NCBI GenBank assembly: GCA_964291675.2
Contig: OZ219865.1
Location: 128,001-192,000, forward strand
Origin: Alphaproteobacteria bacterium
Lineage (GTDB): Bacteria > Pseudomonadota > Alphaproteobacteria > MPNO01
Direction: 5' to 3'
DNA length: 64,000 nucleotides
Shown: positions 20,267 to 30,643 of the stretch, piece after piece
How positions within the stretch are numbered: the stretch's first letter is position 1
Layout: each line of letters begins with the position of its first letter
The notes under the pieces: generated by a model
The model's database searches: none
Told to the model about the DNA's origin: nothing
What the model saw: only the letters and a program-made list of their open reading frames with translations
Translations under genes and position numbers: made by a program

Positions 20267-21148
20267 ATGCGGCTCGGCGGCACGGTGGGCGGGATCGGCT
20301 GGCAACGGATCGTCGAATCGGAGGGGCCCGATTTCGACGTGTTCTTCCTGCTGCCCGACGCGGACGAACGCAGCCTCGCGCCGCACCGCGCCTGGCTGGA
20401 GCCCCGCTTCCTCGATCCGGTATCGAACCGGCTGGTGATGGCGATGCAGTCCTATCTGCTAAAGACCCGCCACCACGCGATCCTGGTCGATGCCTGCGTC
20501 GGCAACGACAAGGAGCGCCGCTTCCACCCGCCCTGGGCGCGGCGCACATCGACCCGCTTCCTCGACAACCTCGCCGCCGCCGGTCTTGCGCCGGAAGACG
20601 TCGACTTCGTGATGTGCACCCATCTGCATGCCGACCACGTGGGCTGGAACACGCGGCTTGCGGGCGGGCGCTGGGTGCCCACCTTCCCCAACGCGCGCTA
20701 CGTCTTCGCGCGCACCGAGTACGACCACTGGATCGCGCTCAACAAGGGCGGCAAGAAGTATTCCGACGGCTGCATCGACGACAGCGTGCTCCCCGTCGTC
20801 GAGGCCGGGCAGGCCGAGATCGTCGACGATCGCTGGGCCTTCGACGACGAGATCCGCTTCGCCCCCACCCCCGGCCACACCCCGGGCCATGTCGCGATCG
20901 AGCTTTGCTCGCAAGGCGCCCGCGCGGTGCTGTCGGGCGATGTCTGCCACACCCCGCTGCAATGCCGCGAGCCCGGCTGGAGCGCCGTGGGCTGCGCCGA
21001 CCGGGCGCTCTCGGCGGCGACCCGGCGGGCGTTCCTCGAGGCGCATTGCGATACCGACACCCTGGTCATGACCGCCCACTTCCCCGCGCCCTCGGTCGGC
21101 TTCGTGCGGACGCGCGGCGATGCGTTCGACTTCGCCTATGACGAGTAG
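20267..21148 (+). CDS. MBL-fold metallo-hydrolase
   Basis: THLHADHVGWN, TPGHTPGH, GD, AHF. Confidence 0.9.
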   Translation: MRLGGTVGGIGWQRIVESEGPDFDVFFLLPDADERSLAPHRAWLEPRFLDPVSNRLVMAMQSYLLKTRHHAILVDACVGNDKERRFHPPWARRTSTRFLDNLAAAGLAPEDVDFVMCTHLHADHVGWNTRLAGGRWVPTFPNARYVFARTEYDHWIALNKGGKKYSDGCIDDSVLPVVEAGQAEIVDDRWAFDDEIRFAPTPGHTPGHVAIELCSQGARAVLSGDVCHTPLQCREPGWSAVGCADRALSAATRRAFLEAHCDTDTLVMTAHFPAPSVGFVRTRGDAFDFAYDE

Positions 21149-21223
21149 GGTCGGGGCGAGTATTCGCTTGAAAAGAGGTCGAGGGAAGGGCAGACTCGGC
21201 CACGCCACCGGCAAGGGTGTGCC

Positions 21224-21454
21224 GTGACCCCCGAGTTGATCGCAATTCTGGCAGTCGGTGTAGCGCTGGCCGGCTTGGTCCTGCAGGGCCAGCGCGGCCT
21301 CGGTGCGCGCATGGACCGTCTCGACGGGCGCATGGACCGGCTGGAAGCGGAGATGAAGGAAGTCCGCGACCGCCTCGGTCGTCTCGAAGGCAAGGTGGAT
21401 TTCCTGGAGAGCTATATCGTCCGCCGCGACGAGGCGGGCGCGCCGGCGGAGTAG
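21224..21454 (+). CDS. Small membrane-anchored coiled-coil protein
   Basis: Hydrophobic N-terminus ELIAILAVGVALAGLVL followed by MDRLDGR/LEAEMKEVRDR coiled coil. Confidence 0.7.
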   Translation: MTPELIAILAVGVALAGLVLQGQRGLGARMDRLDGRMDRLEAEMKEVRDRLGRLEGKVDFLESYIVRRDEAGAPAE

Positions 21455-21659
21455 CCGGCGGGGCCGCTGCGGCGGCACCGGTCCCCGGTCGTGACGGCGC
21501 ATTTGCCGGCGCCCCCGGTCGGCTTCGTGCGGGCGCGCGGCGAAGCCGTCGACCTCGCCTGTGACGGGTAGGGCGGGGCAGGTATTCGCTTGATGGTAGG
21601 CCGCGAGTGCGGCAGAGTGTTCCGCGCGGGTGTCCCCACGCCGTCGCGGAGCAGATCGA

Positions 21660-22031
21660 GTGACCCCGGAACTGATCGCGATCCTGGCAGTCGGCGTAGC
21701 GTTGGGCGGTGTGATGCTGCGCAACCACCACGGGCTCAGCACGCGCATCGACGGCCTCGACGCCCGCATGGACCGCCTCGACGGGCGCATGGACCGTCTC
21801 GACGGGCGCATGGACCGGCTGGAAGCGGAGATCAAGGAAGTCCGCGAGCGGCTTGAAGCGGAGATGAAGGAGCTTCGCGAGCGGCTGGGGGCGGAGATCA
21901 AGGAAGTCCGCGAGCGGCTGGAAGCCGAGATGAAGGAGGTCCGCGACCGCCTGAGCCGTCTCGAAGGCAAGATGGATTTCCTGGAGAGCCATATCGTCCG
22001 CCGCGACGACGCGGGCGCGCCGGCGGAGTAG
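21660..22031 (+). CDS. Paralogous membrane-anchored coiled-coil protein with expanded 7-aa and 11-aa repeats
   Basis: Same N- and C-termini as 21224-21454, with tandem 21-bp and 33-bp DNA repeats. Confidence 0.72.
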   Translation: MTPELIAILAVGVALGGVMLRNHHGLSTRIDGLDARMDRLDGRMDRLDGRMDRLEAEIKEVRERLEAEMKELRERLGAEIKEVRERLEAEMKEVRDRLSRLEGKMDFLESHIVRRDDAGAPAE

Positions 22032-22229
22032 CCGGCCCAAGCGCCGCCGTTCGTCGTTGCGACCGCAGCGCCGTCAGGCAAGGGGCGGAGAAATCTCGTC
22101 CCCACCGCCCCCTGCGTCATGGCTGGCCCCCGGGGCAAGCCCGGGGGCGTTCCGGCCCTCCACGCGGCCGCTCCGCCCGCAGGTCGGACGGGACGGGTGG
22201 CGACGCCCATGGTTGCCCGGATCAAGCCC

Positions 22230-22558
22230 ACTGCTGTCCGGTTTGGATGAGCTGGACCGGGCGCAAAGCCTCGGTACGCGCGGATTTCCGGCCCATCCGC
22301 CGGATCGGGACACGGATCGCGACACGCGCGACGCGTCGTCGCATGCCGCCGTCGCCCCCGGCCCTCCCTCGTCATGCCCGGACTTGATCCGGGCATCCAA
22401 GGGCGCCGCCGCCCGTCTCGTCGGACCGTCGTGCGGGCGGAGAGGCCGCGTGGATGGCCGGATCAAGTCCGGCCATGACGTAGGGGTGACAGCGGGAGCG
22501 GAGATGCAGATGTTCACGGGCGCGGAGCCCGCGCCGAAAATCTAAACCGGACAGCAGT
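22230..22558 (+). mobile_element. MITE-like element with 11-bp target duplication inside a REP palindrome
   Basis: TIRs actgctgtccggttt / aaaccggacagcagt; perfect direct flank GGATCAAGCCC at 22219-22229 and 22559-22569; internal REP pair. Confidence 0.8.
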
Positions 22559-22724
22559 GGATCAAGCCCGGGCATGACGAAGAGGGAGCGCAGGGCGACG
22601 GCGGAACGCGACCACGCGACGGGCCGGGTCGACATGACGGGAGAGGACGGCCGGCCGGCGGCGATGCGAACAAAGCTAGAACATCTTGGCCGGCCCGGGC
22701 GACATGTGCTACAGCAGGGTCGCC

Positions 22725-23564
22725 ATGGCCGACAACTCCGGCATCGAATGGACGGATGCTACGTGGAACCCGGTGACGGGCTGCACCAGGATCGCGCGCG
22801 GCTGCGACAACTGTTACGCGGAACGCTTCGCCGAGCGCTGGCGGGGCGTTCCGGGCCACCCCTACGAGCAGGGCTTCGACCTCCGCCTCTGGCCGTCCCG
22901 GCTCGACCGGCCGGAGCGCTGGCGCAAGCCGCGCATGATCTTCGTCAACTCGATGAGCGATTTGTTCCACAAGCGGGTGCCGCGCGGGTTCGTCGACGAC
23001 GTGTTCGACCGGATGGAGACGACCGACCGCCACACCTACCAGGTGCTGACCAAGCGGAGCTCGCGCATGCGGGACTACCTGCGCCGGAGGTATCCCGGAG
23101 GCGCGGCGCCGGCGCATATCTGGTGCGGCGTGTCGGTCGAGGATCGCCTGGGCCGGGCCAGAATCGACCATCTGCGAGCGGCGCCGGCCGCGATCCGCTT
23201 CCTGTCGATCGAGCCGCTGCTGGGTCCGCTGGGCGACATCGACCTGGACGGCATATCCTGGGTCATCGTCGGCGGCGAGAGCGGGCCGAAGGCGCGCCCG
23301 ATGGAAGACGGCTGGGTTTGCGACATACGCGACCGCTGCGCGGCTGCGGACGTGCCGTTCTTCTTCAAGCAATGGGGCGGACCGACGCCGAAGGCCCGAG
23401 GCCGGGAGCTTGAAGGCGTGCAGCACAACGCCATGCCGGGCCGTGCGCGGAAGGAGGACTGCCATGCCCTTCCGATGGCATCCCGGCCTCCGCCGGAGAT
23501 CGAAGAGCGCGGCAAGGCAAGGCTTCGCGTCTTGCCCCGCGTCGGTCCGGGCTTTTGGGGATAG
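22725..23564 (+). CDS. DUF5131 / phage Gp37-Gp68 family protein
   Basis: [62 protein letters not shown]. Confidence 0.92.
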   Translation: [279 protein letters not shown]

Positions 23565-23623
23565 GTTGACGGGCGGCCGGCTGGCGCGGATCGGCGACGG
23601 GAATGCCGCCCCGCCCCCTTCCG

Positions 23624-23755
23624 GCATGCCCGGACTTGCCCCGGATCACAGTCCGGGGCTTGATCCGGGCATCCATGGGCGCCGCCACCGCTACCGACCG
23701 GCGGCCGTGCGGGCGGATCGGCTGCATGGATGGCCGGATCGAGTCCGGCCATGAC
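23624..23755. repeat. REP-like palindromic cluster
   Basis: gcatgcccggactt..ggcttgatccgggcatcca ... tggatggccggatcgagtccggccatgac. Confidence 0.75.
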
Positions 23756-23886
23756 GGATGAGGTTCGTTTCGCCTCCCGTTCGTTAACCTATCTTTGTAA
23801 GCCCCCTACAGTCGAACTGACGGCGGGGAGAAACGCACGGGATTTCCCCACTCGCGCTCCCCAAAGGGGGCAAGTGGAGTCTTCGT

Positions 23887-26800
23887 TCACGCGCCTGTCC
23901 TCGCCCCCGTCATCCCCAATATCGCCGCGATCCGCCGCGCGGTGTCGGTGAAGTGCTGCACCTCCTCCGGCCGGAGCGGGCGGGCGAGGATGTCGCGCTC
24001 GCGGTAGGACAGCCATTTCTTCAACACCTGGTAGCCGCCGAGGCGGTAGGTCCAGACGGCCGCCGGGACGTTGCGCCAGAACGCCTCGGCGTTGAGGTAG
24101 ATGTCGAACGTCCTCCCGCCGAGCGCGGGGAGGGTGTCGCCCAGCGCCGCGCGCTCGTCGGGCGAATAGGCGCGCTGGGCGGCGCGGCCCTGGCCCGGCA
24201 TCACCGCGTCGCCCTGGCCGTAATGGCCCCAGCCGGCGGTGACCGCGAAGTCCCCGCCCGCCATGTTGCGCCCGCCGGTCGTGGCGGGGACGGCGATGGC
24301 GGCGATCTCCGGCCGCAGCGGCGCCTGCGTGACGCCCGGGACGGGGGTGTCGGGATCGAGCAGCGCCGCAAGCTCGCGCCCGCGCGCCGCCGAGTCCGCG
24401 AGCGCCTCGGCCGCGCCATCGTCTCCGCCGTCCGGCCAGCCCGGCAGCGGGATGCGCGGCCACTCCATCCTGAGCCCCCGGCATTGGCCTCGCGATAGGC
24501 GGGATCGTGCAGGGTGGCGAGGACGTGGTGGAACAGGTCTTCGACGTCCAGGCCGAGGCGGTCGAGATAGCGTTGCGCGGTGCGAGACAGGTTGGGGCGG
24601 CGTTCTCCGTCACCGTCGCTTCCGATTCCTTCTTCATGGAACCAGGCGGGGAAATAGCTGGAAAGCCCATTGCCGAAGTTGTCGGCCATATGTCGGACCA
24701 AGGTCCCGCGTGAAAAATCTTCCTTCGCTTCCCGCTCGCGCGCTTCGATCCAGACATTCTCTTCGAACACTTGAAGTCGGTAATCGGCGCGCTTTTCGTC
24801 GAGCAGCTTTGTGTCCTTCTCCCAATAGAGCCACCTGTTGTCGAAGGGCCGATAGGCGAAGGGGGCAAAGCCAGCCTCGTCCGGCCCACCGCGTTTCAAC
24901 AAGGCTTCGCGCACCCCGCGGGCGTCGAACCGGGCGCTGGTCTTCATGACCGAGGGATAGCGTGCAGCGATATCGCTGTGGCTCAGGCGTTCGTCGAAAT
25001 AATCGGCAACCCGCGACCGGAGCCGGTTGGCGTCGATATCGACGAGAAACCCGTCGCGGCTGGTCTTGACACCGGGAAACGACACCGGAAACAGCTCGGG
25101 CAGCGCCGGCCAGTCGAACCAGTCCGCGCTCACCGCCGTCCGCACGAAGGGGAGGCCGAGAGGCAGGAGAGGCTCGACGTCCGCGTAAAGCACATCCGGC
25201 TCCGCCTCCGCCGTGGCGATGAGGTCCGCCGGCTTTGACTGCCCCCACAGGTGCCGGAATTCGACAGTGTCGGCCGCCTCGTGCGCCGCCTTGCGCAGCA
25301 GCGTCGCGATGGCGGTGCCGACCTGGATGCCGACCGGATCGCCCTCGGTCGAGAAGATGCTGGGGTCGGGCGTGCCGTCCGGTGCGACCTTGCCGGTCTT
25401 GTACTTGTCGCCGTTCAGGCAGTCGATGCGGATCGCGTCGAACGCCTCCAGGTAGCGTTCCCGCATCCCCGTGAAGGAGAGTCCGTCGAGCCACGAGTAG
25501 TTGGAGATGAAGCAGACCACCCCTTGGCCGGTCTTCTCCGCGATGCGCCGTTCGGCCATGCGGAAGAAGCGCACATAGAGGTCGTTCAGGCCCTGCCCGT
25601 CGGGCCGGCGCACCCGCTTCGTCGTGCGGTAGGCTTCGGAGAGCTCGCGCTCCTCGTCCACCGCCATTCCGGCGAAGCCGTTGTAAGGCGGGTTCCCCAA
25701 GATCACGAGAATGGGACGATTCCGTTTCACACGATTGGCCCGCTCGCGCTCGGCCGCCATTTCCGGGAACGCGACCATCTGTTTTTCTACGTCCGTCGGC
25801 TCCCATCCGGTGAGCGCGTTGGTGAGGAACACGCCGGCGCGTTCGGTGTCGTCGTCGGCGAACGGGGCGTCGAGCTCCTGCATGGTGAGCCCGACCTGGA
25901 GATGGGCGACGACGAAGGGGGCGGGCATGATCTCGAAGCCGAACACGCGTGTCGTGGCCGCCTGCTTCACCCGCGCGCCGGCGAGCGCGCCGAGGCCCTG
26001 GCCTTCGACGTTGGCGGCGATGCGGCGCAGCACCTCGGCCAGGTAGGCGCCGGTGCCGCAGCACGGGTCGAGCACGTAGACGTTGTCCGCCGCCAGCCCC
26101 TCCGGGATGGCGAGGTCGTCCTTCAAGGCCTTGTCCACCCGGGCGACCATGTAGCGGACCACCTCGCGCGGCGTGTACCAGACGCCGAGCTGCTTCCTGA
26201 GCGCCGGGTCGAATTCCTGGAGGAAGGGCTCGTAGAAATAGGGCACCGCCTCGCCCTCGTCGAAGCGGGCGAAGAAGGCGCCGCGGTCCACCCGGTCGAG
26301 CGCGGCGGCGGTCCAGTCCAGCACCTCGACGAGGCCGAGCGGCTGCAGCCGGCCGGGGTCGGAAAGCTGCTGGAACAGCGCCCGCAGCACCGGCGCGCGC
26401 AGGTGCCAGACCGCCTCGTGCCAGTTGAATTTTTCCGTCGGCCGCGGCGTCTGGCGCGCCCACAGCACCCAGGCCGAGAACACGCCGTAGAACAGGGTTT
26501 GCACCAGCGTCGAATGGAAGAAGCGTTCGCCCTTCTCCGCTTCGAAGCGGACGCCGAGCGCCTCCTCCAGCGCCGCGCGCACCGCCCGCAGCGCCGGCGC
26601 GTCGCCCGCCGCCTCGACCCGGGCGAGGCCGTCGCGGGCGTAGGAGGCGAGCAGCCAGGCGAGGTCCTTCGGTTCCGCGAGCGCGGCGCTGTGCGACAGC
26701 GCGCGGGCGAGGTACTCGCCGAGCCCCGCGCCGACCTCGTGGGCGAAGGCGCGCGGCTTCTCGACCCGCTGCCAGAATTCCTCCGCGCTCCCGGCGAGCC

Positions 26801-27239
26801 GAAGGGTTTCCAGCTTCGCCGGCCTGCCCGCCGCGTCGTCGGCGACCAGCACGAAGTCGCGCAGATTGGTCGCCAGCACCAGCCGGTAGCGGCCCCAATA
26901 GCGGCTGACCTGGCGACCCTCCGCCGTCCGCCAGGCGTCGTCGTCCGCCGCCTTGACCTCGACCGCGCCGCGCTCCGGCAACTGCCCCTCGCGCGGGCGG
27001 CCCTTCTGCACCTGCCGGGCCGCGAAAAGGCCGAAATCGGGACGGCCCGCGCCCTGGTCGGCGAGCTCGGCGACGCAGAACACCTTGGGCTTCAGCGCCG
27101 CGCCGACCGCGTTCAACAGGTTGCGGAGCGCGGGATGGTACGAAAGCTCCCCCGTCGCCCCGCCGCTGCCGCGGATGCGTCCGAGATCGGCGAAATACGC
27201 CTCGACCGCCGCCGTCAGCTTCGCGCTGGTCCCCGCCAT
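23887..27239 (-). CDS. Single-polypeptide restriction-modification enzyme (Type IIG/ISP-like N6-adenine MTase), frameshifted near the 3' end
   Basis: N-terminal PD...EVK nuclease-like motif, GVWYTPREVV, motif I VLDPCCGTG and motif IV GNPPY. The ISP-like C-terminus (WPRIP, GGYQVLKKWLSYRE) is in another frame after the C5 run at 24475-24479. Confidence 0.85.
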
Positions 27240-27367
27240 GGCGCCGTTGTGGCCGAGCGCGGCGCGACTCGCAAGGGCGGTCCCTTGCCTCCCGTCATTT
27301 CAACCCGAGCCGCGAGGAGGGCGACGGCTCTCTCCCCGCCCCGCCCATGGATGCCCGGATCAAGTCC

Positions 27368-27975
27368 GCTGCTGTCTGGTTTAGATTTTCGGCGCGGGCT
27401 CCGCGCCCGTGAACATCTGCATCTCCGCTCCCGCTGTTACCCCTACGTCATGGCCGGCCCCCGGATCAAGTCCGGGGGTGATCCGGCCATCCACGCGGCC
27501 TCTCCGCCCGCACGACGGTCCGACGAGAGGGGCGGCGGCGCCCATGGATGCCCGGATCAAGTCCACTGCTGTCCGGTTTAGCCTTCGACGCGGGTCGCGC
27601 CCGGCGTTCCCCGCCCAGCGCTATGCCTCCCCCATCGTCATGCTCGGACTTGATCCGGGCATCCACTGGCGCCGCCGCCTCTCCCGACGGGGCGTTGTAC
27701 CGGTGGCGCCAGTGGTTGCGCGGATCAAGTCCGCGCATGGGTGGCCGGATCAAGTCCGGCCATGACGGGGTGGGGGTGGCGGTGGAGGAGCACGGGAGCC
27801 GGGTGCGGCCCGCCCCGCCCGTGGGTGCCCGGAACGAGGCCGGGGTGACAACGGAGGGGCAGGGACGGCAAGTGCGGGCGTGCGGCGATCCGTGTCCCGA
27901 TCCGGCGGCTGGTCCGGAAATCCGCGCGTACCGAGGCTTTGCGCCCGGTCCAGCTCATCCAAACCGGACAGCAGT
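27368..27975 (-). mobile_element. Composite/nested MITE-like element(s) within REPs
   Basis: TIR-like starts at 27368 (gctgctgtctggttt) and 27565 (actgctgtccggttt), one end at 27975 (aaaccggacagcagt). Flanks ggatcaagtcc/ggatcgagtcc; ends are the reverse complement of the 22230 element ends. Confidence 0.72.
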
Positions 27976-28129
27976 GGATCGAGTCCGGGCATGACGGGGC
28001 GGGAGGCATGGTGCTGGGAGCGGGCCGCACCCGGTTCGCCATGCACCGCCCATGCGCGCCACCCCGCTTCAACCCGCCGCCCCCCGATGGCATGATCCGG
28101 CGGCACGCATTCGAGCGGGAGAGGCGGCG

Positions 28130-29665
28130 ATGCCGGTGAGCACGATCGGGGAGATTCCGCGCCAGGCGGCGGCGCGGTTCGGCGACAAGACGGCGCTGAT
28201 CTTCGAGGGGCGGGAGGTCTCGTTCGCGGAGATCGACCTTCTCGCGTCGCGCGTGGCGGGCGGGCTGCGCGCGCTCGGCGTCGAGGCGGGCGACCGGGTG
28301 ACGCTCTATGCCCAGAACAGCGTCGAGTGGATCGCGAGCTACTACGCGATCGCCCGGGTGGGCGCCGTGGTCAACCCGATCAACGTCATGCTGACGCCGG
28401 ACGAGGTGGCCTATGTGGTGAAGGATTGCGGCGCCAGGGTGCTGTTCACCACCGCGGAGCGGGCCGCGCCGATCCTGCCGCTCAAGGCGGACGGCGACCT
28501 CGCCGAGATCGTCGTGTTCGGCGAGGCCGACGGCGCCGCCTCGTTCGACGAGATCGCGGACTCGGGCGCAAACGAGTTCGAGCCCGAGGCGGTCGATCCC
28601 GAATCGCTGTCCACCATCTGCTACACCTCGGGCACGACGGGGTTTCCCAAGGGGGCGATGCTGAGCCACCGCTCGGTGGTGCTGAACGCGGCGGTGACCG
28701 CGGCGATGAACATGCGCACCGAGCACGACGTGCAGCTCACGGCGCTCCCCTGCGCGCATGTCTATGGCGGCACGCTGATGAACCTCAACTTCCTGTTCGG
28801 CTCGACGCTGGTGCTCTACGAGAAGTTCGACGCGGGCGATGCGCTGCGAGGCATCCATGATTTCGGCGCCACCATCACCGACGGCGTGCCGACGATGTAT
28901 CTCTACATGCTGGCGCATCCCGAATTCGAGAGCTTCGACCTGTCCTCGCTCACCCGCTCGGTGACCGGCGGGCAGACCATGCCGGTCGCCAAGGCGGAGG
29001 AGTGGCGCGAGCGCGCCGGCTGCGAGGTCTACGAGCTGTGGGGCATGACCGAGCTTGCCGGGCCCGGGCTGATGCAGCACTGCTACGGCGAGAACCGGCT
29101 GGGCTCGGTCGGCATCGAGATGTTCTACCACCGAGCCCGCATCGTCGACCCGGAGGACGCGTCGAGGGAGCTGCCGACCGGCGAGGTGGGCGAGCTGATG
29201 TTCCGGGGCCCGTTCGTGATGATGGGCTATTACGGCAACGAGACGGCGACGCGCGAAGCGATCGAGCCCGACGGCTGGCTGCACTCCGGCGATCTCGGCA
29301 AGGTGGACGAGGACGGCTACTTCTATATCGTCGACCGCAAGAAGGACATGATCCTGACCGCCGGGTTCAACATCTACCCGGCCGAGATCGAGCGGGTGAT
29401 CTCCGCCCACCCGGCGGTCGCCATGGTCGGCGTCGGCGCCAAGCGGGACGAGGCCAAGGGCGAGGTCGCCAAGGCCTATGTGGTGCTGAAACCCGACCGC
29501 GAGGCGGGCCCGGACGAGCTGATCGGCTTCTGCCGCGAGCGCCTCGCCGCCTACAAGGTGCCGCGCGAGATCCAGATCGTCCCCGACCTGCCGACCACCT
29601 CGACCGGCAAGATTTTGAGGCGCGAGCTGCACACGCTGGAACAGGGCGGAGCGACGCTCCCATGA
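28130..29665 (+). CDS. AMP-binding acyl-CoA ligase (class I adenylate-forming enzyme)
   Basis: YTSGTTGFPKG, WGMTE, GWLHSGDLG, DRKKDMI, LPTTSTGKI. Confidence 0.93.
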   Translation: MPVSTIGEIPRQAAARFGDKTALIFEGREVSFAEIDLLASRVAGGLRALGVEAGDRVTLYAQNSVEWIASYYAIARVGAVVNPINVMLTPDEVAYVVKDCGARVLFTTAERAAPILPLKADGDLAEIVVFGEADGAASFDEIADSGANEFEPEAVDPESLSTICYTSGTTGFPKGAMLSHRSVVLNAAVTAAMNMRTEHDVQLTALPCAHVYGGTLMNLNFLFGSTLVLYEKFDAGDALRGIHDFGATITDGVPTMYLYMLAHPEFESFDLSSLTRSVTGGQTMPVAKAEEWRERAGCEVYELWGMTELAGPGLMQHCYGENRLGSVGIEMFYHRARIVDPEDASRELPTGEVGELMFRGPFVMMGYYGNETATREAIEPDGWLHSGDLGKVDEDGYFYIVDRKKDMILTAGFNIYPAEIERVISAHPAVAMVGVGAKRDEAKGEVAKAYVVLKPDREAGPDELIGFCRERLAAYKVPREIQIVPDLPTTSTGKILRRELHTLEQGGATLP

Positions 29666-30264
29666 AGCTCTACGTCACCCCGACCTCGCCCTATGCCCGG
29701 CTCGCGATGATCGTCCGGCTGGAGAAGGGGCTGGACGGCATCGAGCTGGTGTGGACGCGCACCCGCGACCCGGACGACCCGATGCTCGCCGTCAACCCGT
29801 CCGGGCGCATCCCCTATCTCGGGCTCGACGGCGGCGCGGGCTTCGAGGACAGCGACGCGATCGTCGACTACATGGACACGCTCGCGCCCCCCTGCCGCTT
29901 CGCCCCGCCCTGGGGCGCGGCCTACTGGCCGTATCGCCGCCGCCTGGCGACCGCGCGCAGCATGCTCGACGGGGTGGCGGTGTGGGCGCGCGAGATCATG
30001 CGGCCCGCGGGCGAGCGCTCGCCCGCCATAATCGAGCACGAACGCCGCCGCGCCGCCCGCCTCGCCGACGCCTTCGAGGCCGGGATCGGGGCGGTCGAAG
30101 CCCCGCCCGACCTGCCGCAGCTCCTGCTGTTCTGCGCCCTCGACGTGGAACGCCGCCTGCCCGAATTCGACTGGCGCACGGGAAGGCCCGGCCTCGCCGC
30201 ATGGCACGCAAGCGTGGCCGCGCTGCCGTCGGTGAAGGGCTCGCTGCCGCCCGAAGGGCTGTAG
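29662..30264 (+). CDS. Glutathione S-transferase family protein
   Basis: MKLYVTPTSPYAR, NPSGRIPYL, EDSDAIVDY; ATGA overlap with the upstream gene. Confidence 0.82.
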   Translation: MKLYVTPTSPYARLAMIVRLEKGLDGIELVWTRTRDPDDPMLAVNPSGRIPYLGLDGGAGFEDSDAIVDYMDTLAPPCRFAPPWGAAYWPYRRRLATARSMLDGVAVWAREIMRPAGERSPAIIEHERRRAARLADAFEAGIGAVEAPPDLPQLLLFCALDVERRLPEFDWRTGRPGLAAWHASVAALPSVKGSLPPEGL

Positions 30265-30280
30265 CTCCGGACGGTCCGGA

Positions 30281-30541
30281 TCACGCCCCCGCGGGCGGGC
30301 CGGGGCGGTTCTGCATCTCCGCGTGCATCGCGCGCACGGCGTCGCTGGCGGCGGTCTGGAACAGCGCCGGGAGGACTGCGTGGACGATGGCGGCGCAACC
30401 CGCGCCGAGCAGGCGGGCGCCGAAGGAGAGGGCGATCCCCATGTGTTCGCCATAGGTCTCGCCGACGCTCGCCGGGTGGTCGGTGAAGGCGCCGAGTATG
30501 GGCCGTGCCCGGGTGGCCGCCCGCTGCCGTCCCATCCGCAT
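30281..30541 (-). CDS. DUF6356-like small protein
   Basis: FTDHPASVGETYGEHM...HAVLPALFQTAAS; divergent from the Lrp regulator. Confidence 0.75.
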   Translation of the reverse strand: MRMGRQRAATRARPILGAFTDHPASVGETYGEHMGIALSFGARLLGAGCAAIVHAVLPALFQTAASDAVRAMHAEMQNRPGPPAGA

Positions 30542-30643
30542 CGCTCCCTCCGCCGCCGGGTATTCCCCAGCATAGCGCCGAAATCCGGGGTAGATATCCC
30601 AAACGGTTTGCAAATCGACTCGATTTTGGGACATCATCCCACG

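Noticed and set aside
22725-23564. Prophage inferred from the Gp37/Gp68 gene
   Set aside because: No structural, terminase or replication genes are nearby.
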